From a virus (taxonomy: Duplodnaviria; Caudoviricetes): a stretch of 46,195 nt of DNA. Location of the stretch: the IMG/VR virus record IMGVR_UViG_3300021411_000002, positions 1 through 46,195 of that record; one strand, given 5' to 3'. The position numbers and the translations under genes were made by a program. Under the pieces are notes generated by a model. It was not told the DNA's origin. It worked only from the letters and a program-made list of their open reading frames with translations, and searched no databases. This document shows, in pieces, positions 9,424 to 18,000 of the stretch (the stretch's first letter is position 1; each line of letters begins with the position of its first letter).

Positions 9424-9558
9424 GTGGATGAAGACCTGGCCTTCGAGGTAGCCGAAGAAGAAGCCGCCTATTTTGCCGAGCTGGATGCCTACGACCCCGA
9501 GTACTACGCTGATCCGGACGAGCTGTACGAGGCCGCCCGCGACCGAGAGGATGATTAA
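9424..9558 (+). CDS. Small highly acidic protein (44 aa; absent from the ORF track)
   Basis: VDEDLAFEVAEEEAAYFAELDAYDPEYYADPDELYEAARDREDD; exactly fills the gap between promoter and next gene; phage-like codon usage. Confidence 0.65.
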   Translation: MDEDLAFEVAEEEAAYFAELDAYDPEYYADPDELYEAARDREDD

Positions 9559-9560
9559 TC

Positions 9561-9821
9561 ATGTCCGCCAAGGATGAACTGATCGCTCTGCTGCTCCAGA
9601 CCCGCGCCAATCTGGAGCTGATGAACGGACCGATCGAGGCCATTCGGCAGTACGCCGCCCAGGCGGCCGGCACGTTGTCGCAGGCCGGTGCCGATTTCTA
9701 CGCCGCGCAGTCTGGCTCCCTGGTCATCATGTCCGATATGGCCACCGAGATTCGTCAGCAGTCGGCGCATACGATCGAGTGGCTGCAGCGCGAGATCGCT
9801 CTGCAGCAGCAATCGCATTGA
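9561..9821 (+). CDS. Hypothetical helical protein
   Basis: ATG after GAGAGGATGA. Confidence 0.6.
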   Translation: MSAKDELIALLLQTRANLELMNGPIEAIRQYAAQAAGTLSQAGADFYAAQSGSLVIMSDMATEIRQQSAHTIEWLQREIALQQQSH

Positions 9822-9834
9822 GAGGGTGAATAGT

Positions 9835-10008
9835 ATGGCAGAGAGTTTCGAGGTCTACGTCGCCGAGATCGGGGACGGTGCTGACCCGAAGGTGGAATGG
9901 CGTCTGTCCTATTCGGGGATGGGCCGGGAAACCGCGTTCGGGGTCGCCAAAAGGCAACTGGACGCCGGTCATGCGGTTCGACTGCAGGGCAAGCAGGTGC
10001 ATGATTAA
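9835..10008 (+). CDS. Hypothetical protein
   Basis: ATG after GAGAGGGTGA; TAATG coupling to the next gene. Confidence 0.55.
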   Translation: MAESFEVYVAEIGDGADPKVEWRLSYSGMGRETAFGVAKRQLDAGHAVRLQGKQVHD

Positions 10009-10934
10009 TGGCCCGAATCGTGGTGCGGCACTCGGAGCTGAAGGATGGCCGGCAGTGTCCGCTCAAACACCGACTGCGCTGGATCGACGGCTGGCAGCAA
10101 CCTGAGGAGTCGGCCGTCCAGAAGCTCGGGACCGCGTGGCACGCATTGCTGCAGCGGCACTATTTGGCGATCTGGGTTCAACAGCAGAAGCTCGGATATC
10201 GCGCTTGGCGCAAAGCCCACCTGGCAAACTATGCTCTGCTCGATGAGGTCGAAACCGTTGGCCGGCAGGAGGTCCACGACCAATGCCACGTCTCCAAGGG
10301 TTTGACCAAGGAACAGTGCGAGACCCTGGTCTGGATGTACGAAGGCTACCTGGAGTTCTTCGGTCTGGACCCGGACTGGGAAGTCTTGATGGTCGAAACC
10401 GACCTGACGACCCCCTTCATCGAGCCGTCCGGCAAACCATCTCGGCGGTTTTCCTACCAGTTCCACGCGGACCTGGTCGTCCGAGACTGGTCAATGGGTG
10501 GCAAGGTGGTGGTCGTGGACCACAAGTCCACCGCCCAGCCGCTGGGCCAGCACGACATTGATCTGGACGACCAGTTCGGGCTGTACACCTGGGCGCTGGG
10601 TCGGCTCGGGTATCCGGTGTTGGCGCCGGTCTGCAGCCAGGCCAAGACCAAGAAACTGCAGCGCGCCATGACGTTGGAGGAGCGGTTCACCCGGATTAAC
10701 TCATACCGGACCGAGGTCGAGCAGAACAACATCGCCGCCGATGCGTTGCGTACAGCCAAGCGTCTGTATGGCAAGGCCAATCTGACCGAACCGGACTCGG
10801 CACCTAACCCGCGCGCCTGCGGCTGGTCCTGCGAGTTCAAAGAGGTGCATCTGCAGATCCGGCGTTCACCCCACGGCCGAGACGCGGCGCCGGCCGCTCT
10901 GACCGCCCGTGGTTTTACTAAGGAGGACAAGTGA
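10008..10934 (+). CDS. PD-(D/E)xK (RecB/Cas4-like) exonuclease
   Basis: N-terminal CP, LGTAWH, E..ADLVV..VVDHKS, Q..LY, C-terminal CGWSCEF. Confidence 0.8.
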   Translation: MARIVVRHSELKDGRQCPLKHRLRWIDGWQQPEESAVQKLGTAWHALLQRHYLAIWVQQQKLGYRAWRKAHLANYALLDEVETVGRQEVHDQCHVSKGLTKEQCETLVWMYEGYLEFFGLDPDWEVLMVETDLTTPFIEPSGKPSRRFSYQFHADLVVRDWSMGGKVVVVDHKSTAQPLGQHDIDLDDQFGLYTWALGRLGYPVLAPVCSQAKTKKLQRAMTLEERFTRINSYRTEVEQNNIAADALRTAKRLYGKANLTEPDSAPNPRACGWSCEFKEVHLQIRRSPHGRDAAPAALTARGFTKEDK

Positions 10935-11152
10935 GCAGCTTCAACGAGCAAATCATTGGCATGTTGGGCGGCCCGGACGCGTTGGGTCGCGTCCGGAACG
11001 AGACCGCGCGGTTCGTCCGGGAGCAGATCGCGCGACATGCGGTGGCCACCGTCGCCTGTTGGTGCGCGGTCATCGTGCTGATAGTAGTCACTGCGGCGTT
11101 GGTGCTGCTGATCGGCTACGGCGCATACCGTGGCTGGTTGGCCGGCTGGTAA
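10931..11152 (+). CDS. Small membrane protein
   Basis: C-terminal TM helix; AGGAGG SD; GTGA overlap. Confidence 0.55.
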   Translation: MSSFNEQIIGMLGGPDALGRVRNETARFVREQIARHAVATVACWCAVIVLIVVTAALVLLIGYGAYRGWLAGW

Positions 11153-11154
11153 GA

Positions 11155-11169
11155 TTACCGAATAGGTAA
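11155..11169. promoter_or_regulatory. TTACC-N5-GGTAA operator/promoter
   Basis: TTACC gaata GGTAA, preceded by GGTAAGA. Confidence 0.75.
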
Positions 11170-11190
11170 CACGACGAGAGGATGACCCAC

Positions 11191-12495
11191 ATGCCGAAGA
11201 AGGCACCCGTCGATGCGTTTGCGGGCGCAACCGGACGGATTCCGGACAGCGATCCGCCCTGGGCGCCGGACCCGACCGACCCGGACAACGAGGGTCAGCA
11301 GGCCGAGGCACCCGACGCGGCGTCGGGGCTGGACGAGTTCCACAAGGACACAACCACCAACCCGGCTCCGCCGCCCAAGAAGCCGCGGACCACGTCTGGC
11401 CGACGCAAGCCCGCGGCCAAAACGGAGTCGGATGCGCCCGACCCGGCCGAGCAACAGGTGGTGGAGCGCGAGTCGATCGACGATATTCAGTTCTCTGATC
11501 TGGACGACTCGGACGACTACCTACGGGTGCTGCTATACGGCCCGGAGGGCACGCGCAAGACCACCGGCGCCTGCCTGATGACCCGGCTGACCCGACCGGG
11601 CAAGGTGCTGGTGGTCAACGCCGAAGGCGGCCTGAAGAAACAGGCGCTGCGCAAGCACGGTGTGGATACCTCCCGCATCGCGGTCTGGCCCAACATCCAG
11701 TCCGGCGAGCAGGTCACGTTCGCCGGACTGGAGCGACTGTTCTACCGGCTGTCGTCGGATTTGACCGACGATCCGTTCTCTTGGCTGGGCGTGATCTGGG
11801 ATTCGGCCACCGACATCCACCAGGGGATGTTGGACCAGGTGGTGGCGGCCGACATCGCCAAGCAGACCGCGATCCTGGAGAAGAATGTGGGTCGTCGGCC
11901 CGGCAACATCGTGCTGCGCGACGCGTTCGAACGGGACGGCGACGACTACACGCGGATGTCCAACCAGTTCCGGATGCTGCTGCGCAAGTACCGGTACCTG
12001 CCGTGCCACATGGTGGTCACCGCGCTGGAACGGATCGACGGCGAGGGGCGCAAGGCCGTGTCCGGACCGGGCGTGACGCCGGCCATCGGCAAGGACCTGC
12101 GCGGCTACATGGACATGGTCCTGTCACTGCAGGTGGCCCAGCTACCAGGCGGGTTCGTCGGATTCGCCGAGACCGTGCCGACTCTGAACCGCCGGGCCAA
12201 GGACCGGTTCGACGTGCTGCCGGCCGAGCTACCTAACCCGACGTTCGACCGGCTGCTTTCCTACATCACGGGTGAGCTGACCGTAGACAACGACCCGGAT
12301 ATGGCGCTGATGCCCGCACCGGACGGCCCGACCGACGCGGCGGCCAAGGCCGTGGTCGCCACGGCGACCGAGAAGGCCAACCCGGTGCGGGACGCCACGG
12401 TGGCGACAGCACGGCGAGTGGCGTCAGGCAAGAAGCGTGAGGCACCGGTCGCGGCCGGTCCGGTATCGTCGGTGGGCGACGAACCGCCGTATTAA
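11191..12495 (+). CDS. Sak4-like AAA ATPase / single-strand annealing protein
   Basis: LLYGPEGTRKTT Walker A, VIWDS Walker B, AKDR; lies between a nuclease and an SSB. Confidence 0.75.
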   Translation: MPKKAPVDAFAGATGRIPDSDPPWAPDPTDPDNEGQQAEAPDAASGLDEFHKDTTTNPAPPPKKPRTTSGRRKPAAKTESDAPDPAEQQVVERESIDDIQFSDLDDSDDYLRVLLYGPEGTRKTTGACLMTRLTRPGKVLVVNAEGGLKKQALRKHGVDTSRIAVWPNIQSGEQVTFAGLERLFYRLSSDLTDDPFSWLGVIWDSATDIHQGMLDQVVAADIAKQTAILEKNVGRRPGNIVLRDAFERDGDDYTRMSNQFRMLLRKYRYLPCHMVVTALERIDGEGRKAVSGPGVTPAIGKDLRGYMDMVLSLQVAQLPGGFVGFAETVPTLNRRAKDRFDVLPAELPNPTFDRLLSYITGELTVDNDPDMALMPAPDGPTDAAAKAVVATATEKANPVRDATVATARRVASGKKREAPVAAGPVSSVGDEPPY

Positions 12496-12510
12496 CAGGA
12501 GGATGAGAAC

Positions 12511-12945
12511 ATGGTCAAGGCACCCGACGAGATCGTCGACGCCCTGAACAACAACGAGGACGTCCAGCAATTCACCATCGTGCCCGCGGGCGAGTACCTG
12601 TGCGTCCTGGACAAGTGCACCGAGTACGAGCCGGCCGCCGGCAAGGAGTTCGGCGGCGTGCGGACGTTCTGGAAAATCCTGCAGCCGCGGGAGTTCAAGG
12701 GCGAGAAGCTGATGAACAGCCTGTCGTGGTCACCCAAGGCGGCCTGGAAGGTCCGTGAATTCTGGGACGCGCTGGGCTACCAGTACGACTCGGATTTCGA
12801 CGAGCCGGTGGAGCAGCAGGAGCGGGCGATTCTGGTGGTGAGCGTGGGCCTGGTCGGCCAGGGCAAGCGCAAAGGTCAGGAACAGAACAACGTCGACGAG
12901 GTCTTGGAAGCGACGTCCGAAGCGGTCGCCGAAATCCCGGCGTAG
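12511..12945 (+). CDS. Single-stranded DNA-binding protein (DUF669-like)
   Basis: F..VPAGEY pattern; acidic; follows the Sak4-like gene. Confidence 0.65.
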   Translation: MVKAPDEIVDALNNNEDVQQFTIVPAGEYLCVLDKCTEYEPAAGKEFGGVRTFWKILQPREFKGEKLMNSLSWSPKAAWKVREFWDALGYQYDSDFDEPVEQQERAILVVSVGLVGQGKRKGQEQNNVDEVLEATSEAVAEIPA

Positions 12946-12956
12946 GGTAGAAGACT

Positions 12957-13002
12957 CCAGCCCCGGTCCCTGCTAACCCCGACCGGCAGGGACCGGGGCT
13001 GG
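12957..13002. terminator. GC-rich hairpin, probable terminator
   Basis: 17-bp perfect stem CCAGCCCCGGTCCCTGC / GCAGGGACCGGGGCTGG. Confidence 0.7.
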
Positions 13003-13030
13003 TCTGTCCCCCGGTAAGAGAGGGATGCTG

Positions 13031-14803
13031 ATGGAATCAGCCTTCGAACGTATCTGTGCTCTGGTCACCGAGATCACCGGCCGTCCCGTCACCGGCCACG
13101 GTGATCAACGTAAGGGTCTGTGTCCGGCCCATGAAGATGATCAACCGTCGCTGTCGATCCGCAATTCCGAGCCGGTGGGGGTGACTTGCTTTGCCGGCTG
13201 CGACTTCCAAGACATCACCACGGCCCTGGGTATCACCGCCAGAGATTACCGCAACCAGTCCGGCAAGCGGACCGGACCGCAGTCCGGTCGGACCATCGCC
13301 CCGGCTCGTCAGAGTGCGCCGGTTGGTAGTGAGATCGCGCGTTACCCCTACACCGATCCCGATGGGCAGATTCTGTACTACAACGTTAGGTTCGACCCTA
13401 AAGAGTTCCGAATGGCCAAGGCCGATGGCCAGATCGGGGCGTTGCCCAAGACGGTTCGACGGGTACCCTACAATTTGCCTGCGGTGCTGGCGGCGGTTGC
13501 TCGTGGCCAGACGGTGTACTGGGTCGAGGGTGAAAAGGATGTCGCGACACTAGCCCGGTATGGGTTGATCGGTACCACCGCGGCCGGCGGTGTCTCGGCT
13601 CCGTTGGACGTTGAGTGGGGACGGTGGTTCCACGGAGCGGACCTGGTGGTGGTCGGGGATAACGATGAAGTCGGTCGAACCTACGCCAGACGGGTCGCCA
13701 AGCTGTTGGTCGACGATACCGCCCGGACCCGAGTCGTCCTGCCCGCGATTCAAGCACCCAAAGCCGACATCACCGACCATTTCGAGGCCGGACTGGGAGC
13801 GGATGACCTGGTCCTACAACCCAAATGGGTGCGCCGGACCGTGTTCGATTTCGACCAGATCTTGGCCGTCCCGGCGCTGACCGTACGGTGGGTACTGAAC
13901 GGACTGATCCCCGAAGCGTCCGGCGTGACGCTGCTGGTCGGTGCGCCGAAGGCCGGTAAGAGCTGGTTCTGTTTGCAGTTGTATCTGGCGATCGCGTCCG
14001 GCGATTTCCCGGCGGTGTTCGGTTGGGGCGACAAGGTGGCTCCCGGCGCCTGCCTGTACCTGGCGCTGGAGGACAATGCTCCGCGGCTGTCCTACCGGCT
14101 CGGGAAGATGCTCGGATCCACCCAGGTACCGCACCCGGTCCGGTCCGGCAACCAGATCTGGATCGATCTACCGGACCTGTCCTCCGGCGGCGAGAGCAAG
14201 ATCCGGCGTTGGTTGGACGAGAATCCCAACGCGCGGTGTGTGATCGTGGATGTTCTGGCCAAGGTCCGGGAAGATACCGGCGAGGGCAACGCCTATCAGG
14301 CCGACTATCGGGCCATCAATCGACTCAAGGACATCGCCGACGAGTACGGCGTGACGTTCGTGGTGAACCACCATGATCGTAAGAAAAAACACGATGGCGA
14401 CTTCTTCGACCAGATTTCGGGCACCAAGGGTATTACCGGGGCTGCTGACACCATCCTGTACCTGAAACGGGACCGCGGCTCGGACGAGGGCAACATCGAG
14501 ATGTCCGGTCGGGACGTGGAGGAGTGCCGCTATACTCTGCAGTTCGTTCGGGAGGACGGGCGCTGGGAGATCGTGGGGCAGGGTGAGATCGAGTCGGCCG
14601 GCGCGGCACCCGTCGAACCGAAGACGTCTGTCCATGACCGTCTGGTTGAGATGGTATCCCGCCAGGGTGCTGTGACCATGGATGACGCTATGGCGGCTAC
14701 CGGCAAAGACCGATCCGTGATCCAACGGGCGGCTCGAGATTCGTTGTCTCTGGCCGTCCGAGGGGATGTGATCGCGTCTCGCAACGGGCACGCACCCCCA
14801 TAA
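13031..14803 (+). CDS. Primase-helicase (Zn finger + TOPRIM + RepA-like SF4 helicase)
   Basis: CPAHED..SLS..CFAGC; VEGEKD and GDNDEVG TOPRIM; GAPKAGKS Walker A; VIVD; HHDRK. Confidence 0.9.
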   Translation: MESAFERICALVTEITGRPVTGHGDQRKGLCPAHEDDQPSLSIRNSEPVGVTCFAGCDFQDITTALGITARDYRNQSGKRTGPQSGRTIAPARQSAPVGSEIARYPYTDPDGQILYYNVRFDPKEFRMAKADGQIGALPKTVRRVPYNLPAVLAAVARGQTVYWVEGEKDVATLARYGLIGTTAAGGVSAPLDVEWGRWFHGADLVVVGDNDEVGRTYARRVAKLLVDDTARTRVVLPAIQAPKADITDHFEAGLGADDLVLQPKWVRRTVFDFDQILAVPALTVRWVLNGLIPEASGVTLLVGAPKAGKSWFCLQLYLAIASGDFPAVFGWGDKVAPGACLYLALEDNAPRLSYRLGKMLGSTQVPHPVRSGNQIWIDLPDLSSGGESKIRRWLDENPNARCVIVDVLAKVREDTGEGNAYQADYRAINRLKDIADEYGVTFVVNHHDRKKKHDGDFFDQISGTKGITGAADTILYLKRDRGSDEGNIEMSGRDVEECRYTLQFVREDGRWEIVGQGEIESAGAAPVEPKTSVHDRLVEMVSRQGAVTMDDAMAATGKDRSVIQRAARDSLSLAVRGDVIASRNGHAPP

Positions 14804-14921
14804 ATCTGATCTATAGGTATCTTCGGGACTCACAGTCTCTGAGATACCTATAGATCAGATTTATAGGATAGACGCACCCCGACGAAGAGTCTCACAGTCT
14901 CGAAAATACCTATAGATGGAC
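14800..14921. repeat. AT-rich palindromic element A plus downstream half-site
   Basis: 23-bp perfect arms ATAAATCTGATCTATAGGTATCT (14800-14822 / 14842-14864) around GGACT-cac-AGTCT; extra half-site at 14894-14921. Confidence 0.9.
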
Positions 14922-14936
14922 TGGTACGATAACCAC

Positions 14937-15314
14937 ATGGATGCGATTGAACTTTCCGACCCCCGGCTACCGGGGTCGTTTCGCAAATACGTGATCGAGG
15001 ACGAACGCACCGGTTGTTGGGGCTGGTGCGGTCCGACCATTGGGGGAGGATCGATGCCGTCCTACCGGCATCGACCAGCTCTGAAGTGGTTGTGGGAACT
15101 ACTGGCCGATCGAGAGGACCTGCGGCCGGCTGGGTCTTTGCACGCGGTACCAACTACCTGCGGTAGAAAGGCCTGTTTGAACTTGTATCATCGGCTGTTT
15201 GAAACAGCTCCGGCCTTCATACACCTACCGCATCGTTGTCCGATCTGTAAGAAGTGGTGCCAGGCCAGCTTGGGCCAGTGCGAGGTGGCAGATGCTACCG
15301 AGCCAACTACCTGA
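14937..15314 (+). CDS. Degenerate HNH / His-Me finger protein (leaderless)
   Basis: TGCWGWCG and TTCGRKACLNLYH resemble the GCWxW...HxCxxxxCxNPxH motif; extra CPIC; TGGTACGAT 6 nt before ATG. Confidence 0.6.
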   Translation: MDAIELSDPRLPGSFRKYVIEDERTGCWGWCGPTIGGGSMPSYRHRPALKWLWELLADREDLRPAGSLHAVPTTCGRKACLNLYHRLFETAPAFIHLPHRCPICKKWCQASLGQCEVADATEPTT

Positions 15315-17238
15315 TGTCGATCAGCCGGTGGTCTGGGACACCGAGACCTCCGGTCGGTATCCAGACGCTGGAGCACGCGTGTCGGTGGTCTCGGTGGCCT
15401 GGACCGACCCGGACACCACCCAACCGCGCGCCTATGCCTGGCCCTTCTCCCAGGACCTGCACGGCAAGCCCGAGGCCGAACGAATCTTCCGCAAGAAACG
15501 GCTGGGCGACCAGTGTGGTCCGGACCCAAACCTGCCGCCCGACGAATGGGTCGCCCTAACCGGATGGTTGGCCACCCGGCCCGGACTGATCGCGCACAAT
15601 GGGCTGTTCGATGCGATCTTGACCGAAGCCGGCACTTGTCCGCCCCGACACCAGTCCGGCGTAAACCTGTCGGGGCTGGTGGTCTGGGACACCATGATCG
15701 GACAGCGGATCTTGGACCCGGAGCACGATATTGGTCTAAAGCCGGTGATCAAGCGGCTGCGCGGGATCGAGGACACCGAAAAAGAGGTGTTGGTCAAACA
15801 TCTAAAGTCGCGCGGCTATGGTGCCAAGACCAACCTCCGATACGACCTGGCGGACTGGGCCGTGATGGAGCCTTACGCTACCTGGGACGCGGTACAGACC
15901 CTGTGGTTGGCCCGCAACCAATGGGAACGATTCCGCGACGGCGAGGCCAAATTCAGCCAGATGACGCACGAGATGGAAGTGCTGCGCACGCTGGTCCGGA
16001 TGGAGCGCCGGGGGGTACCGTATCGAGCCGATGAGAGTCTGCAGTGGGCGCAGAAGCTGCAGGTCGAGATCGATCGATTGAACGTTGAACTGCCGTTCGA
16101 GGACAAGCCCAACGCCGTGCGGCAATTCTTTTTCGGCGCCGGCCAGACCCCGAAAGGAGCGACGTGCCTAGAACTGCGCCCGATCAAGATGACCAAGGGC
16201 GGCCAGACCGCCCCGGTGGCGTCGGTGGACGCGGAGGTAATGCGAGAGCTGGCCGAGAAGGAGATTCCGGCGGCGCAGTTGTACCGCGAGACCTCGTTGC
16301 TGACCGATGCCAATGCTCGGTACTACCGTGGTTATGCGCTTGCGGTGGGCGCGGACGGACGTTTGCGCACCAGGTTCCGACAGACTGGGGCGCGAACTGG
16401 GCGGCTTTCCTGCGAGCGGACTAACCTGCAGGCGATCCCCCATGATCATCGGCTACTGGCGTCGGGCAACCTGGTGCTGGCGTCGGCGCCCTCGCCGCGG
16501 GCACTGATCTACGACCCGTCCGGCTGGCGCCTGTGGCACCTGGACCTGGCCCAGGCCGAGCTGCGAGTGGCCAGCCTATACGCCGGCTGCGAGCGGATGC
16601 TGCAGTTGATCCGAGAGGGTCGGGACCCGCACGGCGAAACTGCGATCGAGTTGGGTCTGGCGCCCGGGCCGGACGATCCGACCTGGTATAAGATGCGTGG
16701 CGTCGGCAAACGCGGCAACTTCAGCTTGATCTTCGGTATCGGGCCCGACAAGTTCCGAGCCGATCTGAAACTGCAGGTCGGGGTAGACCTTGGCCAGACC
16801 CGGACCCGCAAGCTGGTACAGGACTGGAACGCGCTGTACCCCGAATTCAAAACCGCGATCTACAGCCACATGCACCACGCCGAGCGCCACGGTTGGACCC
16901 CGATCCGGGACGGGATTCGCCGCTACTACAGTCTGGCCGAGCGCGCCTACCACGAGGAGCACAAGGCGTTCAATTCGAAGGTGCAGGGCAATCTGGGCTA
17001 TTTCGGCCGGGCGTGGATGGTCGAGGTGGACCGGCTGCTGATGGATGCCGGGGTCGATTCCGACACCGCGGGGCTGTTGCTGAACATTCACGACGCGCTG
17101 GCCATCATGGTGCCGGACACCCCCGAAGGTGAGGGTCTGGTGCAGCAGTGCGCCCAGATCGCGCGGGACCTGTGGGTCCAGTGGTTCCCCGGTGTTCCCG
17201 GCGACGTAGATGTGGCACCCTGGTCCAAGGCGGCGTGA
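15292..17238 (+). CDS. polA: Family A DNA polymerase with 3'-5' exonuclease (candidate DpoZ)
   Basis: ExoI DTETSG, ExoII HNGLFD, ExoIII YATWDA; TGRLS; motif A DLAQAELR, motif B RGVGKRGNFSLIFG, motif C IHD; GAGGTG SD. Confidence 0.92.
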   Translation: MLPSQLPDVDQPVVWDTETSGRYPDAGARVSVVSVAWTDPDTTQPRAYAWPFSQDLHGKPEAERIFRKKRLGDQCGPDPNLPPDEWVALTGWLATRPGLIAHNGLFDAILTEAGTCPPRHQSGVNLSGLVVWDTMIGQRILDPEHDIGLKPVIKRLRGIEDTEKEVLVKHLKSRGYGAKTNLRYDLADWAVMEPYATWDAVQTLWLARNQWERFRDGEAKFSQMTHEMEVLRTLVRMERRGVPYRADESLQWAQKLQVEIDRLNVELPFEDKPNAVRQFFFGAGQTPKGATCLELRPIKMTKGGQTAPVASVDAEVMRELAEKEIPAAQLYRETSLLTDANARYYRGYALAVGADGRLRTRFRQTGARTGRLSCERTNLQAIPHDHRLLASGNLVLASAPSPRALIYDPSGWRLWHLDLAQAELRVASLYAGCERMLQLIREGRDPHGETAIELGLAPGPDDPTWYKMRGVGKRGNFSLIFGIGPDKFRADLKLQVGVDLGQTRTRKLVQDWNALYPEFKTAIYSHMHHAERHGWTPIRDGIRRYYSLAERAYHEEHKAFNSKVQGNLGYFGRAWMVEVDRLLMDAGVDSDTAGLLLNIHDALAIMVPDTPEGEGLVQQCAQIARDLWVQWFPGVPGDVDVAPWSKAA

Positions 17239-17243
17239 TAGAA

Positions 17244-17258
17244 TTACCTGTCTGGTAA
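17244..17258. promoter_or_regulatory. TTACC-N5-GGTAA operator/promoter heading the purB-purZ operon
   Basis: TTACC tgtct GGTAAGAT. Confidence 0.75.
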
Positions 17259-17284
17259 GATCGGGCAATGCGAGAGGATGAACG

Positions 17285-17650
17285 ATGACCGATGGTATTC
17301 CCTGGCAGGTAGTGATCGACCTGCCGGACGGACAGACCCGGTACTCAGCCCAAAAGGTCGTCGAGGCGATCAACGCAGCCGGCGCGGTCCCCTACGAGGC
17401 GCGCGTCTCGCTCCCGCCGCGAGTCCTGTTGGCGGATGTCGTGCACTGGGCCATGCAACACCAATACGATCGCCCCACTCACGGCGTCAACTGTGCCTGT
17501 GCGGATGAAATGATTCGGCAGGTACGTTTGGCCACCGAAGTCATTGGCGCCGACGCGCTGATCGAAAACCGATCCGAGACCGCGATGCGTGCTCAGCAGC
17601 GCGTCGATTGGGTTCTCGCAACCGCAGGCGCCCTCAGGAGGAGGCACTGA
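17285..17650 (+). CDS. Hypothetical protein
   Basis: ATG after GAGAGGATGA; TGATG coupling. Confidence 0.6.
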   Translation: MTDGIPWQVVIDLPDGQTRYSAQKVVEAINAAGAVPYEARVSLPPRVLLADVVHWAMQHQYDRPTHGVNCACADEMIRQVRLATEVIGADALIENRSETAMRAQQRVDWVLATAGALRRRH

Positions 17651-18000
17651 TGCCCGTCCGTGTGATCCGAGTCCTGGAGTATGAATACCCCGACTACGAG
17701 ACCGCCGAGCGCGACATGCGGGGCTGGGTCGTCCCAGCGAACGGGGTCTGGGGTCCGTCCAGTCGCCGTGGTAGCGGTCCAACGATCCGGTCGGCGACCA
17801 CGTTCCCGGCGATGACTACCGAGGCTCTGTCGCAGGAAATACTGAAGTCGCCGCAGGTGGTGCTGGACGTGCTGCAGGCGGTTTTCGCGCCGGAGCACGA
17901 CGAACTCGCCAAGGTCAAACTCACTCAACGCGAGATGGCCATCATCAACAACTGGATCAACCTGGCCACTGGCCAGGGCAGCATTCTGGACTTCACATGA
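17650..18000 (+). CDS. Hypothetical protein
   Basis: GGAGGAGG SD; ATGA overlap with purB. Confidence 0.6.
   Translation: MPVRVIRVLEYEYPDYETAERDMRGWVVPANGVWGPSSRRGSGPTIRSATTFPAMTTEALSQEILKSPQVVLDVLQAVFAPEHDELAKVKLTQREMAIINNWINLATGQGSILDFT

Noticed and set aside
10008-10934. Cas4 as part of a CRISPR system
   Set aside because: No array or other cas genes; context (Sak4-like ATPase, SSB) is a recombination module
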